From: Gemmatales bacterium
GTDB taxonomy: Bacteria; Planctomycetota; Planctomycetia; Gemmatales; HRBIN36
Length of the DNA: 64,000 nt
NCBI GenBank assembly: GCA_041640595.1
Contig: JBEPZY010000006.1
Location: 128,001-192,000 of the forward strand
Direction of reading: 5' to 3'
The notes below the pieces were generated by a model. It searched no databases, was not told where the DNA came from, and saw only the letters and a program-made list of their open reading frames with translations. The translations under genes and the position numbers were made by a program. The number at the start of each line of letters is the position of its first letter. Position 1 is the first letter of the stretch. Shown here in pieces: positions 54,599 through 64,000 of the stretch.

Positions 54599-54822
54599 GG
54601 CGTTGTTAGAGGCAATTCACGTTCTTGCACTGCCTCTGCTGCATAGTGCAGTGCTTCGCGGATGTCTTCCGCTTCCAGGTCGGGATAAGCGGCCCGGATC
54701 TCGTCCACGGCCACCCCGTCCGCCACCATTGCCACGACCGTCGCCACTGGCATTCGCAGGCCTCGAATGCAGGGAGTTCCTCCCATCTGGTCCGGGTTGA
54801 CTGTAATGCGTGCGAACTTCAT
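54595..54822 (-). CDS. DUF433 antitoxin (VapB45-like)
   Basis: RI...P..MGG.PCIRG.R..V...YP.L..EDI..AL.YA; ATGA overlap with the toxin gene. Confidence 0.92.
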   Translation of the reverse strand: MKFARITVNPDQMGGTPCIRGLRMPVATVVAMVADGVAVDEIRAAYPDLEAEDIREALHYAAEAVQERELPLTTP

Positions 54823-55176
54823 TGCAAGCTCCCATGCGTGCAGAAAATCAGTTTCGCCGGAAGCGTTGATTGAACTACGCGTCCGTGATTCATTATCACT
54901 TTGAGGGCAGCAAGCTGAAGCCCAACCAACGGAATCGCCAACACTAAGCGGAAATCTGAGACATCCGTGCTACTCCTATGCGCCACCGGAAGGCTGCGGG
55001 GGCTACCAATGGCTTTCCACGCCGGTTCTGGACATCACCGGAACAACGCTTGAAACCACGTACAGCTTTCACCAGCCTTTTTCGGTCCGGAATGCCAAAC
55101 CCATGCCAAAATCAAGGATGAGCGAACTGTTGCGTCATGCCTCCGTCCTTGCTTACTGCATGCCGGTTCTTCAGAG

Positions 55177-55249
55177 TGACCCCGACGGGATTCGAACCCG
55201 TGTTACGGCCTTGAAAGGGCCGTGTCCTAGGCCTCTAGACGACGGGGCC
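55177..55249 (-). tRNA. tRNA-Glu(TTC), CCA not encoded
   Basis: GGCCCCG acceptor, CGGCC-CTTTCAA-GGCCG anticodon arm, GGTTCGAATCC T-arm. Confidence 0.96.
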
Positions 55250-55360
55250 ACCAGCTGCTCATTCTCGGGCTACACACGTGACCAGAGGCGAACCATACTG
55301 GCCACCTGTGCCCTCAGGCGGATTCTTCCCGCGGCAGTCTTGGCCGCGTCAAGCGACCAT

Positions 55361-55388
55361 ATTTTAGCGCTGCACCGCTTGCCGTCAA
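55361..55388 (-). promoter_or_regulatory. Sigma70 promoter of tRNA-Glu
   Basis: TTGACG-N16-TAAAAT on the minus strand. Confidence 0.6.
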
Positions 55389-55446
55389 CTGCTTTGCCCG
55401 CCGACTTTTCTTCACGGCACCAGGTGAGTTTGCTGGAGCACGGCCG

Positions 55447-55475
55447 TTGACGGGTTGGGCGGGTGTGATTAAACT
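55447..55475 (+). promoter_or_regulatory. Sigma70 promoter of tRNA-Arg
   Basis: TTGACG-N17-TAAACT. Confidence 0.6.
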
Positions 55476-55562
55476 TTTCTGCGCGGTAAACGTGCTGCCT
55501 GCTTCGGGCAAGGAAGATTTCCCAGTCGGGGATTGCTGCTGATTTCAGCTTCCAACATCCAG

Positions 55563-55636
55563 GCGCCCGTAGCTCAACTGGATAGAGCAGCGGACTACGG
55601 ATCCGCAGGTTGGGGGTTCGAATCCCTCCGGGCGTA
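55563..55636 (+). tRNA. tRNA-Arg(ACG), CCA not encoded
   Basis: GCGCCCG/CGGGCGT acceptor, GCGGA-CTACGGA-TCCGC anticodon arm, GGTTCGAATCC T-arm. Confidence 0.96.
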
Positions 55637-55910
55637 TTGCGAGCAGGCGAACGAATGGATTGGCTTCGACCGGTTGAGCTAAAGCGGCATTTAGATTTCG
55701 TCATGGTGTAGCTTCTAGCCCCAGGGTGAGCCAGAATGTGGCGTTGTTTTTGTACGTTACGTTCCCCGAAGTAACACCACATCGGGACAGGAATGCGTGC
55801 TGGTTTTAGGCTGAGGAATATGCTCGTATGAGAAAATCATCTGCTCAAGATGAGTGCAGCGCGTTGGAACTTGAGATGGTTGCCGGTGAGGTATTTGGCG
55901 ATAGTTATGG

Positions 55911-56402
55911 TTAGGTAGTCTGAATGAGTGCGGCCCGTTGGAACTGTAGTCGGCGTTCGCGGAGTTGTTCGGCGATTTTTTCGAGTGCGGCTTTTTTGGT
56001 CCTGCAGCCGACCAGTTGCAGGCGTTGTGCCAGGGCCAACGCTTCATCGCGAGAGAGCTGTTTGTCCAGTTGCCGCAGGACACTGTCGAGTTGGGCGAAG
56101 GAGAACTGCGGTTGGGTAATTTGTTCTTCGAGTTGTTGCAAGGCTTGCTGGGCAGCGGCAAGTTTGCTCTCGTCGAGAGGTTTGGCAGCGCGGCTGCGGG
56201 AACGACCGGTGGGCAGGACGCCCGTGCGCTGATAGGTCTCCGCCTGGTGCAGGAAATCGGCCCACTGGGCGATGGTCCAGCCGGCGAAGGGGGCCAGAGC
56301 GGTGGCAGCGCGTTGCAGGTCGTCGGCAGCGGTTTTGCTCCCTGCAGCACGGACGGCTTCAGCGAGTGCCTGCACATATTGCTGCAATGCCGCTACGTGC
56401 AT
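55911..56402 (-). CDS. Helical hypothetical protein with possible C-terminal HeH/Rho-N-like motif
   Basis: 163-aa ORF overlapping the ParA stop, AAGGA upstream; LSRDEALALAQRLQL...TKKAALEKI. Confidence 0.7.
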   Translation of the reverse strand: MHVAALQQYVQALAEAVRAAGSKTAADDLQRAATALAPFAGWTIAQWADFLHQAETYQRTGVLPTGRSRSRAAKPLDESKLAAAQQALQQLEEQITQPQFSFAQLDSVLRQLDKQLSRDEALALAQRLQLVGCRTKKAALEKIAEQLRERRLQFQRAALIQTT

Positions 56403-57912
56403 TTTCGATATCCTTCATTCGTAGCAAGAGTCCTTGGGCCAGGTCGCGGAAGTAATCGCCCAGCCCTTGCCGGGAGCGCGTGAAAAAGGTACGCAATTCT
56501 GCTGTCGAAAACTGGGCGCTTTCGGGGATACCGTCCGGCCAGACAAAGACCGGGCCGACCCAGCTGTCCTGACATTGCTTAGGCAAACTGTTCAGGATGG
56601 CCGCCTGAGCCCGGATAGGGGCGTTATTGCGGCGTATGACGAAATTGGGCACGACGGCCAGCACCTCCAGGTGCGGACAAATCGCGGGTACGGCTTCGGG
56701 AGTGTGGTCGCCTTCAGGAAATGTTGCATCACTGCCGCGGGCCAGAATCTTCAGGGTGCGTAGCACCCGGATTACCCCGTTGGCGGAGAGCTTGTCGAGC
56801 CGCGTTGGAATCAGCACGTAATCGCAGCAGCACAAGGCGTTGATGCAGGCCGTGCTCAGACGCGGCGGGCAATCGAGCAATACGAAATCGTACTTTGGCC
56901 AGGCCGCCGGATCATGCAGAGCGCGCCGCAGGATCAGGCGGACATCCATGTCGGATCGGCCTTCGAGCCAGCGGGTGAGCAACAGCTCTTCTGTTGGCTG
57001 CAGCGTATCCTCGGCAGCGACGACGTGATAGGCACCGGACTGATCGCACCAATTGTCAGGAACGAGCACGCGGCGACGAAGCTCCTCAAAACACGGCTCC
57101 TGCAACCGTAAAAAATTGTCCACCAGCAAGCGACTTCGCCACGCCTCTTCATAGCGTGTCCCCAAACACAACGCCGAGAGCGACCCCTGATAATCCAAGT
57201 CCACCAGCAGCACGCGCAGTCCCATTTCGCACAACGCCGCACCGAGATAAGCCGCGAGCGTAGTCTTGCCGACGCCACCTTTGAGGTTGACCATAGCCAG
57301 GATGCGCATGCGTCGGCGAGTCAGCGGGACAAAGGCGGGCGAATTCTCCACTGGCTGCCGCTGCCAGATACGCCCATCGAACTGCTCCAGGCTCTGTCGC
57401 GCTTCCAGACGCTGTCGCAGGCTGTCCCGCTCCGTCTTCACCTGGTGCAACGCATCGAGATATTGCTGCTGGCTTTCCCTGGCTCCTTCGAGTTCTTCGC
57501 TGAGTGCCTGGATAATCTCACGGTCTTGCAGTTCGCGCTGGCGACTCTGTTCCAGCGCCGTCTGGGCACAGACCAGTTGCTGATGCAACTGCTGCACTTC
57601 GCGCAGCGATGCTTGTAAACGCTCCCGCAAGGAAGCGGTTTCGCTGCGCGCCTGCGTATAGCTTTGCTGAAGCTGGCGTAATTCCAGTCGCAGGTCGGCA
57701 TTCTGCTGGCGTAACTGAGAAGTTTCCCGTTCCAGTTCTTCGTTGCGGAAGCGTAACGCCAATTCGGTGTCCCGCGAACTCGGTTTGCGTAACCAGAACC
57801 AGGAGTAAATCAGCAGCGTTACCGTCGCCAGGATGCCGAGCAGGAACGCGGCGACGATTTCCGGATTCTGCCGGAGCCAATCCGTCAACAATCGCCACAA
57901 ATCCGTCCACAT
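56359..57912 (-). CDS. ParA/Soj family ATPase with N-terminal TM anchor and coiled coil
   Basis: NLKGGVGKTT, VLLVDLDYQGSLS, YDFVLLDCPP; hydrophobic N-terminus and about 140-aa coiled coil. Confidence 0.9.
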   Translation of the reverse strand: MWTDLWRLLTDWLRQNPEIVAAFLLGILATVTLLIYSWFWLRKPSSRDTELALRFRNEELERETSQLRQQNADLRLELRQLQQSYTQARSETASLRERLQASLREVQQLHQQLVCAQTALEQSRQRELQDREIIQALSEELEGARESQQQYLDALHQVKTERDSLRQRLEARQSLEQFDGRIWQRQPVENSPAFVPLTRRRMRILAMVNLKGGVGKTTLAAYLGAALCEMGLRVLLVDLDYQGSLSALCLGTRYEEAWRSRLLVDNFLRLQEPCFEELRRRVLVPDNWCDQSGAYHVVAAEDTLQPTEELLLTRWLEGRSDMDVRLILRRALHDPAAWPKYDFVLLDCPPRLSTACINALCCCDYVLIPTRLDKLSANGVIRVLRTLKILARGSDATFPEGDHTPEAVPAICPHLEVLAVVPNFVIRRNNAPIRAQAAILNSLPKQCQDSWVGPVFVWPDGIPESAQFSTAELRTFFTRSRQGLGDYFRDLAQGLLLRMKDIENARSGIAAICAGTR

Positions 57913-58259
57913 GGCCAGTACTCCCGAGGCCCATCGGTCGGCGTTGGCGCTTGTTGTAGGCAGCCGCCGTCAACGAGCAAGTGTCCTGTTCGCTAACGCT
58001 GCCGCATTCGGTAACCTGGGGTCTAGGGAAGCGGGATATTCAGTCCATGGGATGCAAGCCGCGCATAGAACCGCCGGCCGAATCGGTGAGAGCCTCGTAG
58101 GCAACGAGGGATCGGTTTCACGCTACCAATAGCACGCAGGAGCCACGAGACGACTATGCCGTGAACTCCCGTGCTTTGCTCTCTTGGTGGTTTAGCCTTA
58201 CGAGGTGGCAAGTCAGTGTAGTCGGTCGAAAAGCGGGTATGGGACTGGCCGCGACATGG

Positions 58260-58288
58260 TTGCGACACGCAGACCGAGCCGGTACAAT
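58260..58288 (+). promoter_or_regulatory. Sigma70 promoter of the kinase gene
   Basis: TTGCGA-N17-TACAAT. Confidence 0.5.
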
Positions 58289-58360
58289 ATGAGTAACTGT
58301 AGATTAAGCCTGGGCAGCGAAGCCGAGTAGTCCTAACACGCTAACCGAGGAGACCTGGCG

Positions 58361-61300
58361 ATGAGCCAGCCGGCCGGTCGTCCGCCTGGGAAACGAGTTA
58401 CCGCATTACCAGTGTCTGGTTCGAACAATCCCCAGGCCGGTTCCCCATCGGCATCTCCAGCGTCCTCCAACTCACCTCCTGCTGGTCCTGGGCTGACAGC
58501 CCAGAAAGGGCAGATGTTTGGCCAGTACCGTGTGCTTGCCAAGATTGGCGAAGGCGGCATGGGCGCTGTGTATCGGGCGGTGCACGTGCATCTGGATAAG
58601 ACGGTAGCGTTGAAAATTCTGCCGCCCAATCGTTTGCAGAATCAGGAATTGTTGGCCCGTTTCCAGCGGGAAATGAAGGCCGTTGGCCGTGTCGAACACC
58701 CCAATATCGTGCGGGCCCTGGATGCTGGGCAGGTCGGCAATGCTCATTATCTGGCCATGGAATACGTGGACGGCCTGGACGTGGCCAAGATCGTGCGTAA
58801 GACCGGGCCGTTGCCTGTGCCAGAAGCGTGCGAAATCATCCGACAGGCCGCGCTTGGCCTCACTGCTATTCATGCCCACGGACTGGTCCACCGCGACATC
58901 AAACCAGGTAACCTGATGCTGGCGCGCCAGCCCGTTGGTCCACCGATTGTCAAAATCCTCGACCTGGGTCTGGCACGGTTATCGGACATGCACTGCGGCG
59001 AGGCCGGCGGCATCGAAAGTCTGACCGCCAGCAACGTTATTGTCGGCACGCTCGATTACATGGCTCCGGAACAGGCTTCTCACCAGGCCGTGGATATTCG
59101 TGCTGATATCTACAGCTTAGGAGCGACCCTCTACACACTGCTCACGGGCAAACCGCCCTTTTCCGGCCCGCAATACGACAGTCTCATCAGCAAACTGCGG
59201 GCGTTGGCAATAGAAGAACCGCCTCCCATTCAGACCCTGCGAGCTGATGTTCCGTATGAGCTGGCCCTGGTAATCGAACGGATGATGGCCAAAGACCCCA
59301 ACGCTCGCTTCAGCACGCCGCAGGAAGTGGTAGCGGCACTCGAACCGTTCTGTGCTGGCGCTGACCTCGCGCCGCTTCTGGACGGAAAACTGCCCCAGCG
59401 CAGTCCAGCCGCTCCCGTTGCCGTGGCGCCGCCCACACCGGTCCCAGGTACGCAGACGCTATCGGCTAGCCCGGTGACAACCGAAGGCGTGGGTTTACGC
59501 GAATTAATCGGCCGTCGCCGTCGCCGCAATGTTCCGTCCTGGGTGGTCGTAGCCGGCGTGCTCGGAGCCGGGACCGTGTTACTGGTGTTGCTGACCGCTT
59601 TTTTCCTACTGCGGGGTCGTCGCGCACCGGAAGAGGAATCAGTTCGGCCGCCAGCTAAAACCTCGCCGACATCTGCCCAGACGGTAAATATGCCCGCCCC
59701 CGGTACTAAACCCACATCGCCCCCCGGCCAGCGTAAGCCGGTAACCTGGATTATTGGACGCAATATCTCTTCCATCGAGGAAGCTTTATCCAGCGCCCTG
59801 GATGGCGATACGATTCAGCTCCCTGCAGGGCAGTACGCACTTTCCGCAACGCTGGTGTTGAACAAGCGAATTACTCTGCGAGGGGATGGGCAGGACCGAA
59901 CGGTGGTGTATTCGAAGGTCCCCGGAGAGTGTGTGCGCGTAACAGCGTCCGGCGTGCAGATTCAGAACCTGACCCTGGAATATACCGGCGACCAGCCCGC
60001 GAATATTGTCGCGGTTACTGGCCAAGACTGCACTATATCCGAATGCGGCTTTCGCGGGGCGCGAGCAGTCAGAACATCAGGAATACCCCCGGTGACCCAT
60101 GGCGCGGGCGTCAGGATAACCGACGGCGCCTCGGCCTCGATAAATAATTGTTCTTTTCGGAACAATGAAAGGGCTGGGGTTGCAGTTATAAATGCTGCTA
60201 AGGCTCAGATAACAGCTAATACCTTCGCACGCTGCTTTGATGGCGTGCTTTTTTTCAAGGCCGGAGAGGGGCTACTCGAAAACAATCGCTGCGAGGATTG
60301 TAGTGCTTCCGGAATCGCCATTGAAGAAACTGGTGGGCAACTATTTGTCACTCGCAACACTTGTGCTGGAAACGCCCAGGGAATCTTTGTTCGCGACTCC
60401 GTCGCGATCCTGGACGGTAACGATGTTTCTGATAACAAGCTGCACGGGTTCGTCATCGGGGGACCGAACAAACCGACCCTGCGGCGCAACATTATTCAAA
60501 ACAACGGCGCATACGGGATCTATTGCGAGGGCGTCGTTCCGAACATAGAGCCGAACAATATCTTCTCCGGCAATAAGAGCGGGGACGTTTTTCCCCGGGG
60601 TATCTTGCAGTTGGCTGAGCCGCCGCAATCGCCGGCCCGTCCACCAGTTGCTTCCTCGGAGCCGCCTTCATCTAAGCCAACCCAGGAGGAGCAACCCGGC
60701 AAGCCCAGGGTAATTCGCACCTGGCAGGTGGGAAAAGATGCGGCGACTTTGGAAGAAGCAGTGCAGAAAGCGCAAGCCGGAGATATTGTCTTACTGCCCG
60801 AGGGGAAATTCGTGCTCGCCCGCGAACTGGTCATTGACAAGGCATTGACACTGCGTGGCGCTGGCCGCGATAAGACGCACGTCATTTCCACCGCCGCGAA
60901 TTTTGGAATCCAATTCACCGGTCAAGGGCCGTGGACGGTCGAAAATATCCAGTTTACGCATACCGGAAACGCCCCGGCCGACGTGCTGCTCGTCTCCTCG
61001 GGTGCACTCGCCATGAATGAATGTGGTATAACCGGGGGCAAAAAAGACGAAACCAGCCCTAACCGAGGCCATGGCTTGAACGTCCAGCAAGCTGACGCCA
61101 TCTCTGTGAACAATTGTGTTGTGAAAGGCGTTGATTTCATCGGTATTCTAATTGTCGGCCAGGAACGGGGGCAGTACACCATCACTTCTTGCTCGGTTGA
61201 GAATTGCGAGCGGGGTATTGTAATAAGTTCCGGCAAGTTCCAGATTACCAAATCTACCGTGGAAAAGTGTCGGAACGTCGGTATCCTGATACGCGGAGAA

Positions 61301-61855
61301 TCAACAACAGGGCAAGTGGAAGGTTCCATAGTTCGTGGAAATGGCAGCCATGGGGTGGAGGTATGCGACCGTGCCCGCGCTGGTCTGCACAAGAACCAAG
61401 CCATCGCTAATGCCTTGCATGGCCTTGCTGTTTACGACGAAGCTGATGTACATATGGAAGGCAACGTGTGTACTGGCAACGGTCACTTCGGCATCGAGTA
61501 TCACATTGATGCGAAAGGACTATGCAGAGACAACACGTGTACCCAAAACCGCGTTGGCATTGGCCTGGGCATGCGAACCACAGCCCGGGTACAAAACAAC
61601 GTTTGCAAGCAAAACAAGATACATGGCATCTGGGTCCGGGAGTCTGCCACCCCGATCATCGAGAAGAATTCATGTTTGGGAAATGGTGTATCCGGGATTG
61701 CATGTATCGGCCAATGCAGCCCGACAATAGCGGCTAACCGATGTGTGGGCAATCATCAGTACGGCATTCATATTGGCGATTCGGCCAGACCGAAGATTGC
61801 TAAGGACAACATCCTGACACCGAATGGGGCTGGGCCGATTAATCGTGCCCCATAG
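58361..61855 (+). CDS. Hanks-type Ser/Thr kinase with TM helix and two right-handed parallel beta-helix domains
   Basis: GEGGMG, VALK, HRDIKPGN, DLG, GT.DYMAPE; TM near aa 395-418; two 'GD.I.L..G' starts followed by N/G-rich PbH1 repeats. Confidence 0.93.
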   Translation: MSQPAGRPPGKRVTALPVSGSNNPQAGSPSASPASSNSPPAGPGLTAQKGQMFGQYRVLAKIGEGGMGAVYRAVHVHLDKTVALKILPPNRLQNQELLARFQREMKAVGRVEHPNIVRALDAGQVGNAHYLAMEYVDGLDVAKIVRKTGPLPVPEACEIIRQAALGLTAIHAHGLVHRDIKPGNLMLARQPVGPPIVKILDLGLARLSDMHCGEAGGIESLTASNVIVGTLDYMAPEQASHQAVDIRADIYSLGATLYTLLTGKPPFSGPQYDSLISKLRALAIEEPPPIQTLRADVPYELALVIERMMAKDPNARFSTPQEVVAALEPFCAGADLAPLLDGKLPQRSPAAPVAVAPPTPVPGTQTLSASPVTTEGVGLRELIGRRRRRNVPSWVVVAGVLGAGTVLLVLLTAFFLLRGRRAPEEESVRPPAKTSPTSAQTVNMPAPGTKPTSPPGQRKPVTWIIGRNISSIEEALSSALDGDTIQLPAGQYALSATLVLNKRITLRGDGQDRTVVYSKVPGECVRVTASGVQIQNLTLEYTGDQPANIVAVTGQDCTISECGFRGARAVRTSGIPPVTHGAGVRITDGASASINNCSFRNNERAGVAVINAAKAQITANTFARCFDGVLFFKAGEGLLENNRCEDCSASGIAIEETGGQLFVTRNTCAGNAQGIFVRDSVAILDGNDVSDNKLHGFVIGGPNKPTLRRNIIQNNGAYGIYCEGVVPNIEPNNIFSGNKSGDVFPRGILQLAEPPQSPARPPVASSEPPSSKPTQEEQPGKPRVIRTWQVGKDAATLEEAVQKAQAGDIVLLPEGKFVLARELVIDKALTLRGAGRDKTHVISTAANFGIQFTGQGPWTVENIQFTHTGNAPADVLLVSSGALAMNECGITGGKKDETSPNRGHGLNVQQADAISVNNCVVKGVDFIGILIVGQERGQYTITSCSVENCERGIVISSGKFQITKSTVEKCRNVGILIRGESTTGQVEGSIVRGNGSHGVEVCDRARAGLHKNQAIANALHGLAVYDEADVHMEGNVCTGNGHFGIEYHIDAKGLCRDNTCTQNRVGIGLGMRTTARVQNNVCKQNKIHGIWVRESATPIIEKNSCLGNGVSGIACIGQCSPTIAANRCVGNHQYGIHIGDSARPKIAKDNILTPNGAGPINRAP

Positions 61856-61999
61856 TAAGCCACCAAGCAAGGTGAGCGATACTCGAGTTTCCCCCCAGTT
61901 AAGTTTCCAAGGACGCTGGCACCAGCTATCAGCAGCGAACAAGTAGGAATTTCGGCCCAGCTGAGCCTGCCGTTACGCGGAGTGCGGAAGCACCGAAAC

Positions 62000-63163
62000 T
62001 TACCTTCCCCAGGGGCGGCGGAAACGACGACCGGCGAGGAAACTTTCCAGCACGCCGCTCGCCAGGTTATCCGCGGAACAATACACGGCCAGCCCTTGGC
62101 ACGCCGCTGCCAGCCGCTGTACGAACCGCGTCAGGCCGAAATAGAACGGATCGTCCACCAACGCCACCGTGCTGATCTGAATCCCCTCGCGGCGACATTG
62201 AACGGCCTCCTGAATGGTCAGGCGAGCAGTTTTCTCCGAGGGCGGATACAGCAGCACCACCTCGGTGCCTTCGATATGGGCAGTGGGTTCGCCGTCGGTG
62301 ATGCACAAAATCTGCCTGTTCGCGCAAGGCTGTCGGCGTAATCGTTCGCGGGCAACTCGCAGACCGGCCTGCAAATTGGTGAAATGTTCGGGGACACGTG
62401 GCGGCGGATTTTCCAGGGAAAAACGCAAATAAACCCGACTGTCGAAAATGCTCACCTCTTTCGGTGCTGCCAGCAGCAAGGCGCGCTCTGGCAAGGGCGT
62501 GGTGAACGTGTAAAAACCGATGATTTCCAGGAAATCTTCCGGATACCTCTGCCGCACCAGTTCCCGCAATGCCAGAGCGACCCGCTTCGCCTGCAGGAAT
62601 TTGCCGAAACGTCCCATCGAACCGCTCATGTCCAATAGCACTACGGTGGCACAGCGGCTGGTTTGCAAGGTCTCCTGAACGACAAAATCTTCTTCCTGCA
62701 AACGCAGATGGGGTTGGGGACCGAACTGGCGAAACTGCTCTGCTTGCCGGTGTAAGGCGTTTTTCAGGGTCTCGTGAACCGCGACCAGCGACAGTGGGTC
62801 GCCAAACTGGTAGGGCCGTGTTTCCTCGGGTGTTACCTCTCCAGTGCCCCGCCAGCCAGTCTCGTGGCGACCGGAAGCGTCGCGCCGCTGGATGATGAAC
62901 AGATCATGCAGTGCCTTCTGGGCGATGCGTCGCAATCCCTTGACGGTGACAACGAGCCGGCCTCGCTCTTCTTCGCTGAGGTAACCTTCCCGGATGAGTT
63001 GTTCGACCAGCCAGCGATCTTCTTCGGGCAAGCGCTGGAGTTGCCGTAGCAACCACTCGCCGTGCTCCAGCAAGGCCTCGCTGAGTTGATCAAACACTCG
63101 CTCCACGGCCAGGGGTTGAAAGGCATGACGGGGATCAAAGCGTTGAAATTCAAACAGTGGCAT
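62000..63163 (-). CDS. vWA domain protein (type usually partnered with a chelatase-like AAA+ ATPase)
   Basis: Y..GD.....V..T..NA, LLDMSGSM, TN...GL, ITDGEPT. Confidence 0.85.
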   Translation of the reverse strand: MPLFEFQRFDPRHAFQPLAVERVFDQLSEALLEHGEWLLRQLQRLPEEDRWLVEQLIREGYLSEEERGRLVVTVKGLRRIAQKALHDLFIIQRRDASGRHETGWRGTGEVTPEETRPYQFGDPLSLVAVHETLKNALHRQAEQFRQFGPQPHLRLQEEDFVVQETLQTSRCATVVLLDMSGSMGRFGKFLQAKRVALALRELVRQRYPEDFLEIIGFYTFTTPLPERALLLAAPKEVSIFDSRVYLRFSLENPPPRVPEHFTNLQAGLRVARERLRRQPCANRQILCITDGEPTAHIEGTEVVLLYPPSEKTARLTIQEAVQCRREGIQISTVALVDDPFYFGLTRFVQRLAAACQGLAVYCSADNLASGVLESFLAGRRFRRPWGR

Positions 63164-63383
63164 AATCGGGTTTCCTCAAGCCCGGGTTTTTTCCTCGATG
63201 ATCAGTTTACCACCCTGCGGTATCGGCGACACGGGACGGGTTTCTTGTCGAACCACTTTCCATTGCGAGGCGAAAAATTCGACACAGTGAGCCAGGAAAC
63301 TGGCGGTGGCTGTTTTACCGTCCGGCCGGCGCACGTATGCCGCGAATGTTCTTGGCCAGGCCAAGCGAATTCGGCCAGCGTAA

Positions 63384-64000
63384 TCACGTCTGGCTGGCAA
63401 CGCGGCGACCCAAAACAAGCAGGGTGATATCGTCGTGTTGATGGGGGTTACCCGCGCAATGTTGTTCCAGCGCTTTGATCAGGTGTCGGGCACCCTGGGC
63501 TGGCGAGGCTGGGGGAGCGGTCTTGATTGCCTGGAGAATGCGATCCCGACCGAAATGTTCCCCCTGAGCGCTAGTAGCATCCAGCACACCGTCGCTGAAC
63601 AAGTAAACAACATCTCCCGGCATAAGCGACACCTCGCATGCCCGGTAGGTGGCATCGGTAACGATGCCGATGGGCAAACCGATGTCATCACCCGTGGCGA
63701 TCTCCTCGACGCGATCGTTCTGGTTTCGGCGGAGAATAGGAGGCAGGTGTCCGGCGTTGACCAGCACCAGTTTGTGCGACTGGGTATCGAGCACGCCCAG
63801 GGCGAGAGTGACAAACCGGTCGGCCAGGCCGGCCTGGTGCAAAGATTGATTCAGCATGGCCACAGCCAGATGCGGTGCCGGTTGCGTCAACACGCAATAG
63901 CGAACGTCGGCAGTCATGCGGGCCATCAGCAATGCAGCAGCCACACCTTTCCCGGCGACATCGCCAACTGCCAGCACCCATCGCCCATCTCCCAGCGGCA
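63384..64000 (-). CDS. SpoIIE/PP2C-family phosphatase, C-terminal part (5' end outside window)
   Basis: GDVAGKG..AAL, F.T, NAGH, SDGV, DDIT. Confidence 0.92.
   Translation of the reverse strand, partial: PLGDGRWVLAVGDVAGKGVAAALLMARMTADVRYCVLTQPAPHLAVAMLNQSLHQAGLADRFVTLALGVLDTQSHKLVLVNAGHLPPILRRNQNDRVEEIATGDDIGLPIGIVTDATYRACEVSLMPGDVVYLFSDGVLDATSAQGEHFGRDRILQAIKTAPPASPAQGARHLIKALEQHCAGNPHQHDDITLLVLGRRVASQT

Noticed and set aside
56359..57912. Chromosomal parA of a ParABS locus
   Set aside because: No parB or recognisable parS nearby; atypical TM/coiled-coil fusion
53824..62000. Intact prophage or ICE at the tRNAs
   Set aside because: No integrase, phage or conjugation genes, and no att duplication of either tRNA 3' end found by eye
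63176..63418. 80-aa ORF between PP2C and vWA genes
   Set aside because: No RBS or motif, and it overlaps the PP2C end; probably intergenic

Overview
This GC-rich bacterial chromosomal segment looks like a planctomycete (probably Gemmatales-like), judged from a DUF1559 prepilin gene, a QW-repeat prenyltransferase-fold protein, FHA, Ser/Thr kinase and PP2C genes, and an insertion in ATP synthase alpha. The core is a bioenergetic cluster of three operons: (1) Rieske / split cytochrome b6-type genes with a giant 8-CxxCH cytochrome c and two cupredoxin-like proteins, (2) a complete F1Fo ATP synthase operon, and (3) an A2-type cytochrome c oxidase operon. Housekeeping genes (proS, plsC-like, cstA) and two divergent tRNAs (Glu, Arg) with accessory genes surround it. 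The strongest leads are: a hidden probable selenoprotein (two in-frame ORFs joined by TGA 32081-32083 with a SECIS-like hairpin and similarity to the selenoprotein N redox segment); a MotA/ExbB + degenerate Hsp70-like + ExbD-like-anchored coiled-coil vWA operon resembling an uncharacterised ion-driven motor; matching sigma54 promoters and enhancer-like motifs upstream of the complex III and complex IV operons; and a membrane-anchored ParA with a HeH/Rho-N-like partner. All assignments come from reading motifs by eye; no database searches were run.
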